A DNA stretch of 64,000 nt, from assembly GCA_026417415.1 (NCBI GenBank), contig JAOADG010000012.1, forward strand, positions 8,213 through 72,212, given 5' to 3'. The position numbers and the translations under genes were made by a program. Source of the DNA: a bacterium. Lineage in GTDB: Bacteria; Electryoneota; JAOADG01. The notes under the pieces are model-generated. The model worked only from the letters and a program-made list of their open reading frames with translations. It was not told the DNA's origin and ran no database searches. Shown here in pieces: positions 19,471 through 30,955 of the stretch; the first letter of the stretch is position 1, and each line of letters begins with the position of its first letter.

Positions 19471-19686
19471 TCACCGTGTTGCCTCTTTTTGAATAAGTTC
19501 ATTCAGTTCTATAATGCAGCTTTCTAAGAATTGTTGGTTGTATCCCTTTTCACGAACAGCGCTTCCCAAAGTACCCCATATTGGTTCTCCACACGCAATA
19601 CATTTGATCCCTTTTTGCATCAGGTAACGCACAGTAACAGGGTATAATCTCACCAACTCTTCTATCGTAGTATGTTCAGTGATCAT
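19471..19686 (-). CDS. DUF1858-like small protein
   Basis: TTIEELV..YP....LM..GIKCIACGEP.WGTL pattern, 71 aa. Confidence 0.8.
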   Translation of the reverse strand: MITEHTTIEELVRLYPVTVRYLMQKGIKCIACGEPIWGTLGSAVREKGYNQQFLESCIIELNELIQKEATR

Positions 19687-19751
19687 AGTTTATCCATCTA
19701 TAGTGATTTTTCTTGAAACGTTCTGAAATACGCAAATCCTTTCAAGAATGT

Positions 19752-19780
19752 TTGCACTCAACCGTTTGCTATTGTATTCT
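19752..19780 (+). promoter_or_regulatory. Candidate sigma70 promoter for the M23-bactofilin-atp run
   Basis: TTGCAC-N17-TATTCT, ending 37 nt before the M23 ATG. Confidence 0.45.
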
Positions 19781-19817
19781 ATAAATCTAAATGATTGAAT
19801 AATAGTTTGATTATCAT

Positions 19818-20642
19818 ATGATTAAAAAAGGAACACCACCTGCTGATTCTGCTTCCGACCATTATTCTTTGATATGGTTGCCTCCCAATCATGCAGAACC
19901 GCATACTATTACCATGTCCATTGCAGCATGGAGATGGATACGGTTAGGACTGCTCTTATTAATTCTTTTGGCAATGATTATCTTGGTGACTTGGGGTGTG
20001 TCACTTAGAAGAGCAATTCAATACGATTCGTTAGCAGCAGAAAATGAGAAGTTAAAATCAAGTTTGAGAACTGTAGAAAAGTTAAGAGCACAAATGGAAG
20101 ATTTGCTCATTTTAGATCAACAAATTCGTCGTGCAATTGGAGGTGCACCTGCACTCAATGAAGAAGATCGGGCGATATTAAAAGACAGATTTCGTAAAAA
20201 ACAGATGGAACGTGAATTAACTACAACAGTGGATGTCCTTGATTTAACGGCAATTCCACGGGTGTTACCCGTAAATGGAATGATTTCAAGAGGGTTTCAG
20301 AAAGATCCTTTTGCTGGGAATTATGGACATCGTGCTGTTGATATTGCAGTACCCGAAGGAACTCCGATTTTGGCTTCAGCATCTGGGACAGTTCTATTTT
20401 CAGGTTGGACCTATCGTTATGGAAAAATGATGATTATTGGCCATCGTACAGGGTACTTTACGATGTATGCACATTGTCAAGTGCTGTTTTTTGAAACAGG
20501 AGATGTGGTGAATCAAGGCGAACCGATTGCCTTATCGGGAAACACAGGGCTATCTTCGGCACCCCACTTGCATTTCGAAGTTTGGAAAAATGAGCAAATT
20601 CTTGATCCATTTAAAGTGTTAGTCCATTATCAAAAAAAATAA
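19818..20642 (+). CDS. Membrane-anchored M23 peptidoglycan endopeptidase
   Basis: N-terminal TM plus coiled coil; HRAVD (HxxxD), YAH and PHLHFEV (HxH) zinc motifs. Confidence 0.92.
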   Translation: MIKKGTPPADSASDHYSLIWLPPNHAEPHTITMSIAAWRWIRLGLLLLILLAMIILVTWGVSLRRAIQYDSLAAENEKLKSSLRTVEKLRAQMEDLLILDQQIRRAIGGAPALNEEDRAILKDRFRKKQMERELTTTVDVLDLTAIPRVLPVNGMISRGFQKDPFAGNYGHRAVDIAVPEGTPILASASGTVLFSGWTYRYGKMMIIGHRTGYFTMYAHCQVLFFETGDVVNQGEPIALSGNTGLSSAPHLHFEVWKNEQILDPFKVLVHYQKK

Positions 20643-20669
20643 AAGCAAAGATACTATAAGGAGTGATTC

Positions 20670-21086
20670 ATGTTTGTGAAAGGAACCCCGATTGCAACTA
20701 CGGATCAATTCACAATTATCGGACCGGGTACTGTTGTATCTGGCAATATTACTGCTCCACATATGATTAAAATGTACGGAAAAGTAACAGGTGACATCGC
20801 TTCGGATGATGCAATTGCCATAGGAAATAGTGCTGAAGTTCAAGGAAATGTTTCCGGTAGATCAGTGGAAATTGCCGGAAAAGTAGCAGGAACTGTATCC
20901 GCAATTGACAAAGTAAAATTATCTGAGACCGCTTCACTTAAGGGTGATATTGTGTGTAAAAAATTGGTGATTGAAGAAGGTGCGATTTTTGAAGGGAATA
21001 CCTCCATGAGTACTGAATCATTACAGCTCCATTTTCCAACGGAACGCTCAAAATCAAGTGTAACTACACCCAATCCAAAACTTTGA
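20670..21086 (+). CDS. Bactofilin (polymer-forming cytoskeletal protein)
   Basis: TIIGPGT.V.GNI, beta-helical G.V.G.I repeats, LVIEEGAIFEG. Confidence 0.93.
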   Translation: MFVKGTPIATTDQFTIIGPGTVVSGNITAPHMIKMYGKVTGDIASDDAIAIGNSAEVQGNVSGRSVEIAGKVAGTVSAIDKVKLSETASLKGDIVCKKLVIEEGAIFEGNTSMSTESLQLHFPTERSKSSVTTPNPKL

Positions 21087-21117
21087 TGGATGGATTGTAT
21101 TCTAGGTAAAATACATT

Positions 21118-21387
21118 ATGCTTGATCGCGAATCCGTACGATCCTTAGCAATTGTTGCAGAATACAGTGCTTTAGGAATTCAGTTGTTAGCGATGATTGC
21201 TGTATTTGCCCTTTTAGGGTGGTGGCTCGATTCTTTGTGGAATACAAAGCCGTACCTACTCATGATAGGTGCATTATTAGGTTCAGTAGCAGGGATTTAC
21301 AATTTTATTCGCGCTGTCCAAAAGCTAAATCAAAAATTAGAAAAAAAGGAAAAAGAAAAAATCAATCAAACAGAAACTCAAAAATAG
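21118..21387 (+). CDS. AtpZ/AtpI-family small membrane protein
   Basis: LGWWLD...T.P.L..IG.LLG...G motif, upstream of atpB. Confidence 0.88.
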   Translation: MLDRESVRSLAIVAEYSALGIQLLAMIAVFALLGWWLDSLWNTKPYLLMIGALLGSVAGIYNFIRAVQKLNQKLEKKEKEKINQTETQK

Positions 21388-21390
21388 GAG

Positions 21391-21419
21391 TTGACGAACC
21401 CATTTTTACAATGTAATTT
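21391..21419 (+). promoter_or_regulatory. Candidate internal sigma70 promoter before atpI-atpB
   Basis: TTGACG-N17-TAATTT. Confidence 0.45.
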
Positions 21420-21437
21420 ACGAATTTTTGATACCGA

Positions 21438-21833
21438 ATGAGATTAACGATTGTAAAAGAAATGGTGGCAACTCTAATGGTATTTGCCATCATTTATTTT
21501 GTGCCACCGTATGGGTTTGAAGCCCAAAAATATGGTTTTAGCATTGTAACTGCGTTGGGTGTTTTTGGGGCTGGAATTGTACAAGTGAAAATTTTACAAA
21601 AAACACCAGAAAAAACATTAAAAGCAATCCTAATCGGAATCACGATTCGCAGTATCGTTGTTCTTTGTTCAATAATCCTTGTTTGGAAAGTTGCTTCAGA
21701 TAAACTGTTTGGGATAACCATTTCCATAATGCTGGTTTATTGGGTCATCTTACTAGTAGAATTACCTTGGTTCAAGGTGGTATTAAATAATCAAATGAAA
21801 GAAAAGGAGAGGGAAAGTAAAACGAATGGCTGA
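21438..21833 (+). CDS. Four-TM ATP synthase protein I-like
   Basis: Four hydrophobic segments; overlaps the atpB start. Assignment is positional. Confidence 0.65.
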   Translation: MRLTIVKEMVATLMVFAIIYFVPPYGFEAQKYGFSIVTALGVFGAGIVQVKILQKTPEKTLKAILIGITIRSIVVLCSIILVWKVASDKLFGITISIMLVYWVILLVELPWFKVVLNNQMKEKERESKTNG

Positions 21834-22764
21834 ACACGGACAACCTGTTGGTGCTGAATTTATTCAAGATAGTGTGCTCACGAATCCAAGCACTCTCCAC
21901 CTAAATCATTCACAGCATGATTATAGTTTTGCACACGATTCGTTGTGGGAAGGAAAAGATTTGGTTTACAATTTATTGGATCACGAATTGGACTTTTTAC
22001 CCAAAATCCAAATTGGCAGTTTAGACCTTTCTATGACCAAACATGCTTTTATTCTTGCAATAGCATCAATCATTCTATTGATTGTTGCTACCTTGGCCGG
22101 GAGATCCGCAAAAAAAAGAATGGGCAAAGCGCCTACAGGATTGGGAAACCTCTTTGAAGTGATAGTGAAATTTATTCGTGATGAAGTAGTTTACCCTGCT
22201 ATGGGCGAAAAAATGGGTAGGCACCTGTTGAACTATTTTTTAACGGTGTTCTTTTTCATCTTAATTGCCAATTTATCAGGTTTAATTCCCGGTTCGAAAT
22301 CTCCTACCATGAATATTGCTACTACAATGGGACTTGCATTGATGACATTGGTGCTGATGATTTACGGTGGGATTCGTACACATGGCTTCATTGGATTTCT
22401 GAAACATTTCGCACCACCAGGGATACCCCCATTTGTTTATCTCATTCTAACACCAATAGAAATCGTTGGCGTATTCATTAAACCGTTCGCTTTGACCATC
22501 CGACTTTTTGCCAATATGGTGGCAGGAAAAGCGCTGGTGTTAAGTTTTATCGGACTTATTTTCATGCTGGCATTAGGAGCAGGAGCCATTGGAGCTTTTA
22601 CAATCGGAATTTTGCCTTTTCTTGGTGGATTAGGAATAATGGTATTAGAAGTATTTATTGCATTTTTACAAGCATTTATTTTTACGATGTTATCAGCGTT
22701 GTTTATTGGTCAGCTTTCTTCCCATCACGGGGATGAACATCATGAAACAACCCATGAACATTAA
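21826..22764 (+). CDS. atpB: ATP synthase Fo subunit a
   Basis: FFFILIANL.GLIP, KPFALTIRLFANM, AFLQAFIFTMLS. Confidence 0.97.
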   Translation: MAEHGQPVGAEFIQDSVLTNPSTLHLNHSQHDYSFAHDSLWEGKDLVYNLLDHELDFLPKIQIGSLDLSMTKHAFILAIASIILLIVATLAGRSAKKRMGKAPTGLGNLFEVIVKFIRDEVVYPAMGEKMGRHLLNYFLTVFFFILIANLSGLIPGSKSPTMNIATTMGLALMTLVLMIYGGIRTHGFIGFLKHFAPPGIPPFVYLILTPIEIVGVFIKPFALTIRLFANMVAGKALVLSFIGLIFMLALGAGAIGAFTIGILPFLGGLGIMVLEVFIAFLQAFIFTMLSALFIGQLSSHHGDEHHETTHEH

Positions 22765-22772
22765 ATTTAAAA

Positions 22773-22854
22773 CTCAAAATGGTAAACGCAGTTTACATTT
22801 TGAGAGAAACTCAGACCTTGGCTGAGTGCCTATCTAAAGCGAGATGCGGATAGG
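22773..22854 (+). other. Three consecutive hairpins in the atpB-atpE spacer
   Basis: CTCAAAAT(G)GTAAAC/GTTTACATTTTGAG; ACTCAG/CTGAGT; CCTATCT/GGATAGG. Confidence 0.6.
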
Positions 22855-22884
22855 AACAACGGATTATTAAAAAAAGGAGAAACA

Positions 22885-23112
22885 ATGGAAGGAGCAGGAT
22901 TAGCATTATTATCAGCCGGTATTGGAGCTGGATTGGTAGTAATCGGTGCAGGACACGGTATTGGACGTTTGGCTGAGAAAGCAATGGAAGGGATAGCAAG
23001 ACAACCTGAAGCAACGGCTAAAATCCAAACCGCGATGATTATTGCAGCCGCACTTATTGAAGGGGTGGCTTTGTTCTGTGCAGTTATCTGTTTACTACTT
23101 TCATTTAAGTAA
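22885..23112 (+). CDS. atpE: ATP synthase Fo subunit c (H+-type)
   Basis: GxGxG helix, ARQPE loop, ALIEG; lacks the Q...ES/T Na+-binding signature. Confidence 0.97.
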   Translation: MEGAGLALLSAGIGAGLVVIGAGHGIGRLAEKAMEGIARQPEATAKIQTAMIIAAALIEGVALFCAVICLLLSFK

Positions 23113-23120
23113 GAAAACAA

Positions 23121-23155
23121 CACTTCGCCAAAGAATTCGTTTCTTTGGCGAAGTG
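23121..23155 (+). other. Perfect 15-bp stem-loop after atpE, no U-tract
   Basis: CACTTCGCCAAAGAA-TTCGT-TTCTTTGGCGAAGTG. Confidence 0.85.
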
Positions 23156-23194
23156 CTATCTGTTGATTCATCGTCGTGAAAGGAAACGTAGCGA

Positions 23195-23689
23195 ATGAAC
23201 GCAATTGATTTAGTCACTCCAAAGATAGGAATGTGGTTTTGGACCACACTCTTATTTCTTGCATTATTGTTCATTTTAAGAAAAACGGCTTGGAATGTGA
23301 TTTTGAAAGCACTTGAGGAAAGAGAAAAAAATATCGCAAATGATATTGAACAAGCAAAACAAGCCAGAATTCAAGCCGAAAAGATTCGTGAGGAAATGAT
23401 TGAACAACAAACCAAGCAGCTTGCACAAGCCAATGAACAGATTGCATTGATGTTAAAAAATGCCACAGATAGAGCCCAAGAGATTGAAGAGAAAGCAAAA
23501 CAAACTGCTCAAAAAATTCAAGAACAATCTAAATATGAAATTGAATTAGAAAGACAAAAAGCAATTGCCAGCATAAGAAATGAAGTGGCTAACATTGCGA
23601 TGCTCGCTGCGAAAACCATAATCGAACGTGAAATTAAACCTGAAGATCACAATAAAATCATTCAAGATACATTAAACCGAATGAATTAG
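23195..23689 (+). CDS. atpF: ATP synthase Fo subunit b
   Basis: FWT...F..LLFILRK.AW..I..ALEERE..I, followed by a long coiled coil. Confidence 0.95.
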   Translation: MNAIDLVTPKIGMWFWTTLLFLALLFILRKTAWNVILKALEEREKNIANDIEQAKQARIQAEKIREEMIEQQTKQLAQANEQIALMLKNATDRAQEIEEKAKQTAQKIQEQSKYEIELERQKAIASIRNEVANIAMLAAKTIIEREIKPEDHNKIIQDTLNRMN

Positions 23690-23698
23690 GATAAAATA

Positions 23699-24235
23699 GT
23701 GAAAGTTTTAGTTCAACGATACACATATGCATTGATTCTTGCAGCCAAAGAGGCAAAGGCGCTTGACGCAGTGACAAAAGACATTGCACAGTTAGAACGT
23801 TTATTAACAGAAAATCTCGATGGCAATGAATTTCAAAATCGTATCAGTTCACCGATTTACACCAAAGCGGAAAGAAAAGAGTATATTCTTTCCCATTTTC
23901 AAAATGCACACGATTTGACCAAAAACTTTATTGCGATGGTGATGGATCGAGGAAGAGAAAAGATACTCATTGAAGTCCCTTCTGTCTTTCGTCAAATTCA
24001 ACGTATGATAGAAGGGATTGTATGGGTTCAAATCACTTCCGCTAAACCCTTGAGTACACAAGAACTTCAAGCGTTTCAAATCAAGTTAACGAAATCTCTA
24101 AACAAAAAAGTTGAGTGTAGTACCGAAGTTGACCCCACGTTAATTAGTGGGGTAGTCATTGAGGTAGAAGGAAAACGGTTTGACAGTTCGTTAAAACGTA
24201 AAATTGAAGAACTTCACACTTTGTTAATTCATTGA
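23699..24235 (+). CDS. atpH: ATP synthase F1 subunit delta
   Basis: RY..AL, ITSAKPL, VDPTLISGVVI......D.SL; GTG start. Confidence 0.93.
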   Translation: MKVLVQRYTYALILAAKEAKALDAVTKDIAQLERLLTENLDGNEFQNRISSPIYTKAERKEYILSHFQNAHDLTKNFIAMVMDRGREKILIEVPSVFRQIQRMIEGIVWVQITSAKPLSTQELQAFQIKLTKSLNKKVECSTEVDPTLISGVVIEVEGKRFDSSLKRKIEELHTLLIH

Positions 24236-24273
24236 ACCAATTTTGTAGAAGGAATAAGGAATAAGGAAGTAGT

Positions 24274-25782
24274 ATGCAACTTAGACCAGACGAAATTACA
24301 TCTGTACTAAAAGAAAGAATCCAATCGTTTGACCGGAAAATACAAACAGACGAAATCGGCAAAGTTCTCACTGTAGGAGATGGAATTGCTCGGGTTTATG
24401 GATTAGACAATTGTCTTGCGGGTGAACTGATTGAGTTCCCGGGACAAGTGTACGGAATGGCTTTGAACTTAGAAGAAGACAATGTTGGAATTGCTCTTTT
24501 TGGAAGTGATGAGCACATCCGAGAAGGAGATATTGTCAAACGTACTGGAAGAGTTGTGGATGTGCCTGTCGGTGAAGAACTATGTGGAAGAGTGGTCAAT
24601 CCATTAGGGATTCCGATTGATGGGAAAGGTCCTATTTTAGCAAAACGCAGGAATCCTGTAGAAAGAAAGGCAACAGGTGTAATTACTCGTCAACCGGTAA
24701 AAGAACCCTTGATGACTGGAATTAAAGCCATTGATGGAATGATCCCAATTGGTCGTGGACAAAGAGAATTGATTATTGGTGATCGGGGTACTGGAAAAAC
24801 AGCAATTGCTGTGGATACCATCATTAACCAAAAAGGACAGAACGTTTATTGCATTTATGTCGCGATTGGTCAAAAAGGTTCTACGATTGCAAAAGTGGTT
24901 AAACAATTGCAAGACCACGGTGCAATGGATTATACCACTGTGATTTCATCCACTGCAGTAGAAACTGCACCTATTCAATTTCTTGCTCCTTATGCTGGTG
25001 CTGCAATGGGAGAGTATTTCAGAGACAACGGCAAGCATGCGTTGGTGATTTATGATGATCTAACCAAACATGCTTGGGCGTATAGACAATTGTCTTTGCT
25101 TTTAAGGCGACCACCAGGACGAGAAGCATATCCCGGTGATGTGTTCTATTTGCATTCAAGGTTGTTGGAACGAGCTGCAAAATTATCCGATGCTTTAGGA
25201 GGAGGTTCATTAACCGCATTACCCATTATTGAAACTCAAGCAGGTGACGTTGCTGCTTACATACCAACCAATGTGATTTCAATAACGGACGGCCAAATCT
25301 ACCTTGAACCTGATCTTTTCTATTCAGGAATACGTCCTGCAATCAATGTTGGTATCTCTGTTTCACGTGTAGGTTCAAGTGCTCAGTTTAAGGCGATGAA
25401 GGCCGTTGCCGGTACCATGCGACTGGATTTAGCGCAATATCGAGAACTTGCTGCGTTTGCTCAATTCGGAAGTGATTTAGATGTTGCCACCAGAAAACAG
25501 CTTATTCGCGGTGAAAGAGTAACAGAAATTTTAAAGCAGGGGCAGTTTACCCCTTGGCCCTTAGAAAAACAAGTAGCAACGATGTTTGCAGCCACCCAAG
25601 GTTATGCAGACGATATTCCCAGAGAAAAAGTAAAACAGTGGGAAAGTGAACTCATCGCATTTTTAGAGAACAGTCATGGAAATGTGTTGAAAGAGATTGC
25701 AGAGAAAAAAGAACTTTCAGAAGAAATCAAATTAAAATTAAAATCTGCCATTGAACATTTCAATCAATTGTTTGTTGCTTGA
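24274..25782 (+). CDS. atpA: ATP synthase F1 subunit alpha
   Basis: [41 protein letters not shown]. Confidence 0.99.
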   Translation: MQLRPDEITSVLKERIQSFDRKIQTDEIGKVLTVGDGIARVYGLDNCLAGELIEFPGQVYGMALNLEEDNVGIALFGSDEHIREGDIVKRTGRVVDVPVGEELCGRVVNPLGIPIDGKGPILAKRRNPVERKATGVITRQPVKEPLMTGIKAIDGMIPIGRGQRELIIGDRGTGKTAIAVDTIINQKGQNVYCIYVAIGQKGSTIAKVVKQLQDHGAMDYTTVISSTAVETAPIQFLAPYAGAAMGEYFRDNGKHALVIYDDLTKHAWAYRQLSLLLRRPPGREAYPGDVFYLHSRLLERAAKLSDALGGGSLTALPIIETQAGDVAAYIPTNVISITDGQIYLEPDLFYSGIRPAINVGISVSRVGSSAQFKAMKAVAGTMRLDLAQYRELAAFAQFGSDLDVATRKQLIRGERVTEILKQGQFTPWPLEKQVATMFAATQGYADDIPREKVKQWESELIAFLENSHGNVLKEIAEKKELSEEIKLKLKSAIEHFNQLFVA

Positions 25783-25814
25783 TTGTTGTGATTTGTAAGG
25801 AGTTTTAGAGAAAA

Positions 25815-26678
25815 ATGCCCTCATTAAAACAGATTAAGCGTCGTATTGCTAGTGTGAAATCTACGCAACAAATCACCAAAGCAATGAAGATGGTTGCTGC
25901 AGCGAAACTAAGAAAAGCACAAAACAATATGATGGCAGCAAGACCATATTCACATCGGTTACGAACCGTTATCGCAGACATGGCTGCCCGAACTGATTTT
26001 TCACATTTTCTACTGGCAGTTAGAGAACCTCAACAAGTTGCATTTGTTGTAGTCGCATCTGATCGCGGGATGGCGGGTAGTTTCAATACCAATGTGATTA
26101 AAAAAGCAGTCGCGACCTACGAAGAATTTGAAGGTTCAGATCGATTTCTTATTACGGTAGGTAGAAAAGCGACGGACTATTTTGTAAAAAGAAATTATCC
26201 TGTACTATCTAAACACCTCAATGTTTTTCCTGATCCTACTTTAGAGTCAGCGAGGTCAATTGGCGAAAATATCATTGAGAAATATAGAAACAATGAGTTA
26301 GGTTTGGATCGTGTGTACTTAATTTACAATGAGTTTAAAAACGCAGCACAGCAGAGAATCGTGGTAGAGCAACTTTTGCCGATTACTCCTGAAAAAATGG
26401 AAAGCGAACCATATCTTCTGGATGTTCTTTTTGAACCCGATCCAGAAACGATTTTAAATACAATTTTACCTTTATACATCAATGTTACGATTTGGCATGT
26501 TCTATTGGAATCTTTTGCTGCAGAAATGGCTGCACGAATGACTGCGATGGAAAACGCAACCAAAGCAGCAGGTGATTTAATTAAATCCTTGACGTTACAA
26601 TTCAATAAAGCAAGGCAAAGTGCAATTACAAAAGAATTGCTTGAAATTGTGTCCGGTGCAGAAGCATTAAAAGGGTAA
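25815..26678 (+). CDS. atpG: ATP synthase F1 subunit gamma
   Basis: ITKAMKMVAAAKL, SDRGMAG, ARMTAMENAT, NKARQSAITKELLEIVSGA. Confidence 0.99.
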   Translation: MPSLKQIKRRIASVKSTQQITKAMKMVAAAKLRKAQNNMMAARPYSHRLRTVIADMAARTDFSHFLLAVREPQQVAFVVVASDRGMAGSFNTNVIKKAVATYEEFEGSDRFLITVGRKATDYFVKRNYPVLSKHLNVFPDPTLESARSIGENIIEKYRNNELGLDRVYLIYNEFKNAAQQRIVVEQLLPITPEKMESEPYLLDVLFEPDPETILNTILPLYINVTIWHVLLESFAAEMAARMTAMENATKAAGDLIKSLTLQFNKARQSAITKELLEIVSGAEALKG

Positions 26679-26794
26679 ACAAAAAGCGGTTGAAGTTAGA
26701 GAGTAGTAGTAAATAACCGTTAAGAAGTTAAAGTTTCTAGAAACAATTTCGTTTAAGATTTACAAAATAAGATAATTACTAACGATTTACATAG

Positions 26795-28306
<1,512 letters not shown>

Positions 28307-28320
28307 TTTTCAGGTGTTCA

Positions 28321-28719
28321 ATGGCAAACAATATCCTTTTTGAAATTCTTACTCCTCGTGGAGTTGTTTACAAAGCAAATGTTAAACATGTTAAATTGCC
28401 GGGAATTGCTGGTCAATTTGGTGTACTACCTCAGCATATCCCATTTATGACGACTTTGGATATCGGTGTGATTGAACTAGACACCATTGAAGGAAAACAA
28501 GAAAAAATAGCTGTTTCTGGTGGATTTGTAGAGGTGCTTCCAGAAAAGATTGTTTTGTTTGCCGAAACGGCTGAAACTTCTGAAATGATTGATTTGCAAC
28601 GTGCACAAAACGCTTTACAACGTGCTGAAGAAAAATTAAAATCTGCAACTGACGAAATTGAAATAGAACGTCTGAAAATGGCGATTGCCAGAGCAAAAGC
28701 AAGAATTAAAGCAAAGTAA
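28321..28719 (+). CDS. atpC: ATP synthase F1 subunit epsilon
   Basis: EILTP, GQFGVLPQH.P, VSGGFVEV, C-terminal helical hairpin. Confidence 0.97.
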   Translation: MANNILFEILTPRGVVYKANVKHVKLPGIAGQFGVLPQHIPFMTTLDIGVIELDTIEGKQEKIAVSGGFVEVLPEKIVLFAETAETSEMIDLQRAQNALQRAEEKLKSATDEIEIERLKMAIARAKARIKAK

Positions 28720-28841
28720 TAGAAATCACTTTGTTTTTTTAACTTTGTATGTATATTAAGAATGGGGTTCTAACAACAGATTGAGAATCATTACATACTA
28801 AAAAAGTTGAAGAAATAAGGACTCGGTAAAGAGGTAACTTT

Positions 28842-30944
28842 ATGATTGGAATAACATCCTTCAGGAGAAGAACGATAGAGGGAATTTTTTTCTCTGTTTT
28901 TCTCATTGCATCCTTTGCGTATGGAGTTACTGAAGAGAAGTTCAAATTGGCAAAAATCCGACACGTTCAAAAAGAGATGATTGGGTTTACTGCAGAAAGA
29001 CAAATTCGAGAAAGATTTCTTCAACAACTTGTCCAAGGTAATGCTCGTGAAATACGTCTTAGAAGACGTGCTGGTGAAGTGGTACCAACCTTTTCTTATC
29101 CTGAAGGAGAAACCGAAAAATATTTTAATGTAGATGATACCTTAAACATCGTTGTTAATTTTTATGAATACCGTGATTCAGTTCGACTTGAATATGATAA
29201 AAAGTTAACTGCAGCAAGGAAAATTAAAAAAGATTTATTAGCAACTGCATCCCCGATAGCACTTGAGAGAATGAGAATATTTGATTGGAGTGCATTCTAC
29301 TCTGCTTACGGAGCAAACATTGAGCTACGCAGCGATCCACAACTTGCATTACTTATTTCTGATGAATACGCTAGAAATTATCCTCAAGCTTTAGCCGACA
29401 GTTTTTGGTTCTATCGTGGAGAAGCAGCTTTAACTGCTGGGTATTATCGCGAGGCAATAGAAAGTTATGATCGAGTATTTGTATTGGAGACCTCTGCATT
29501 CCGACCTAAAACAATCGAACGATTAGCATTTTTATACGCTGAATTAGGCGATGCAAAACGTGCGGATAGAGTGTATCAGGTTTGGTTAAAAGCGGGAAAA
29601 CCCCTTGCAGCAGATGGAAAAGTGGCTTTTCATATCGGACGTGCTCAATACGAAGCTGGAAATTATATCAAAGCAATAGAAGCGCTACGATTAGTACCCA
29701 ATAAAACACGATATGCATTTCGTGCAAAACTGTTATTAGGGTCAGCTTTAGCAAATACAGATCAATACGATAGTGCCATTGTCGTATTAAGGCCTTTTAT
29801 TACTCAAAAAGTCATTGATAGAGTTGCGATTGAACCTGAACAGTATGTTTATGCTGCTTTGTTAGTTGCTCAAATACGTACGCTGATGGGAAAAGGAGAT
29901 GAAGGTTTAAAAATACTATCTGTTTTGGATGTAAATGACGTCTATGGCGACAAAGTATTGTTTACAAAAGCATGGATTTACCGTACTATCGGCCGTTTTG
30001 ACGATATGGCACAAACGGCTGATTTACTTGTCCGCAAAAAAATATGGTCTCCTTATGTTCCTATTGCATCTGCTTGGTTATCAGAGGTTGCTGAATTAAA
30101 AGCGGATAAGTCCAGTGAAAAAAGCTATATCAACATCATAAAAATTTTAGAACAGAGTCAAAAAGCATCAAGATTTGCCGAAGAAAGATTAGGCATTTAT
30201 CGAATGATGAATGAACTCCATGAGTTAGAAGCACAAATCTTATTAAAAGAAGATATTGAATTGTTTAGACAGTATTTACGTGAACAAGGGCGATTAACGA
30301 ATTTGTTAGAATATAACCTGCATCATGCTACTTTAATTTCCAACCCATTGATCACAGAAATTTCAATGCTAACGGATTCACTAGCAAAGTACAGACTAAC
30401 GTTAAATCGTTTGCGACAAGTAGTAGATACAACAAAAAGCGGAAAATTAGAGAAACAATATATCCGATTAAGACGTGCGACTGAGATTCTCGAAGAGAGA
30501 TTGCAAGAAATTCATCGTTTGACCAAAAATTTACAACCTGCTATCCGTTTAGAGCAGGATCAAAAAGTGCTGTTAAGAGAATTAGATGCATATTCAAAAA
30601 AAGCACTTCATTTGCTATCGGAAGGTGCTGATCCTTCTACATTACCTATTCCTGATAGAGCAACGATGGCTCATTTGAATCTTGATAAATTCAGTTCACA
30701 ACTCATTTCAATGAAAATGGATCAAATACGAACCAATATAGATGCATTTGCTGGATTTGCGTTACAAAGATATGCTTTGGGTGGATTGGATTTTGATGTA
30801 TTGGTTCGACATCGAGAACAAAGCGATGAATTGACGTTGTACATCAATCAGATTAACGCTTTGATTGAAGCTAGAAATCAAGAATTTGATGAAGTTGAAA
30901 TGCGCAATATTCCTGAAAGTAAAAATCCGACTAATCCACAATAA
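28842..30944 (+). CDS. Exported TPR/coiled-coil protein (GltC-like position)
   Basis: Signal-peptide-like N-terminus; TPR helices such as FYRGEAALTAGYYREAIESY and FHIGRAQYEAGNYIKAIEAL. Confidence 0.75.
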   Translation: MIGITSFRRRTIEGIFFSVFLIASFAYGVTEEKFKLAKIRHVQKEMIGFTAERQIRERFLQQLVQGNAREIRLRRRAGEVVPTFSYPEGETEKYFNVDDTLNIVVNFYEYRDSVRLEYDKKLTAARKIKKDLLATASPIALERMRIFDWSAFYSAYGANIELRSDPQLALLISDEYARNYPQALADSFWFYRGEAALTAGYYREAIESYDRVFVLETSAFRPKTIERLAFLYAELGDAKRADRVYQVWLKAGKPLAADGKVAFHIGRAQYEAGNYIKAIEALRLVPNKTRYAFRAKLLLGSALANTDQYDSAIVVLRPFITQKVIDRVAIEPEQYVYAALLVAQIRTLMGKGDEGLKILSVLDVNDVYGDKVLFTKAWIYRTIGRFDDMAQTADLLVRKKIWSPYVPIASAWLSEVAELKADKSSEKSYINIIKILEQSQKASRFAEERLGIYRMMNELHELEAQILLKEDIELFRQYLREQGRLTNLLEYNLHHATLISNPLITEISMLTDSLAKYRLTLNRLRQVVDTTKSGKLEKQYIRLRRATEILEERLQEIHRLTKNLQPAIRLEQDQKVLLRELDAYSKKALHLLSEGADPSTLPIPDRATMAHLNLDKFSSQLISMKMDQIRTNIDAFAGFALQRYALGGLDFDVLVRHREQSDELTLYINQINALIEARNQEFDEVEMRNIPESKNPTNPQ

Positions 30945-30955
30945 TAAGGGAGTGT

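Noticed and set aside
22885-23112. Na+-translocating or N-type ATPase
   Set aside because: Subunit c lacks the Na+-binding Gln and ES/T residues, and the gene order is the standard F-type, not atpDC-first N-ATPase.
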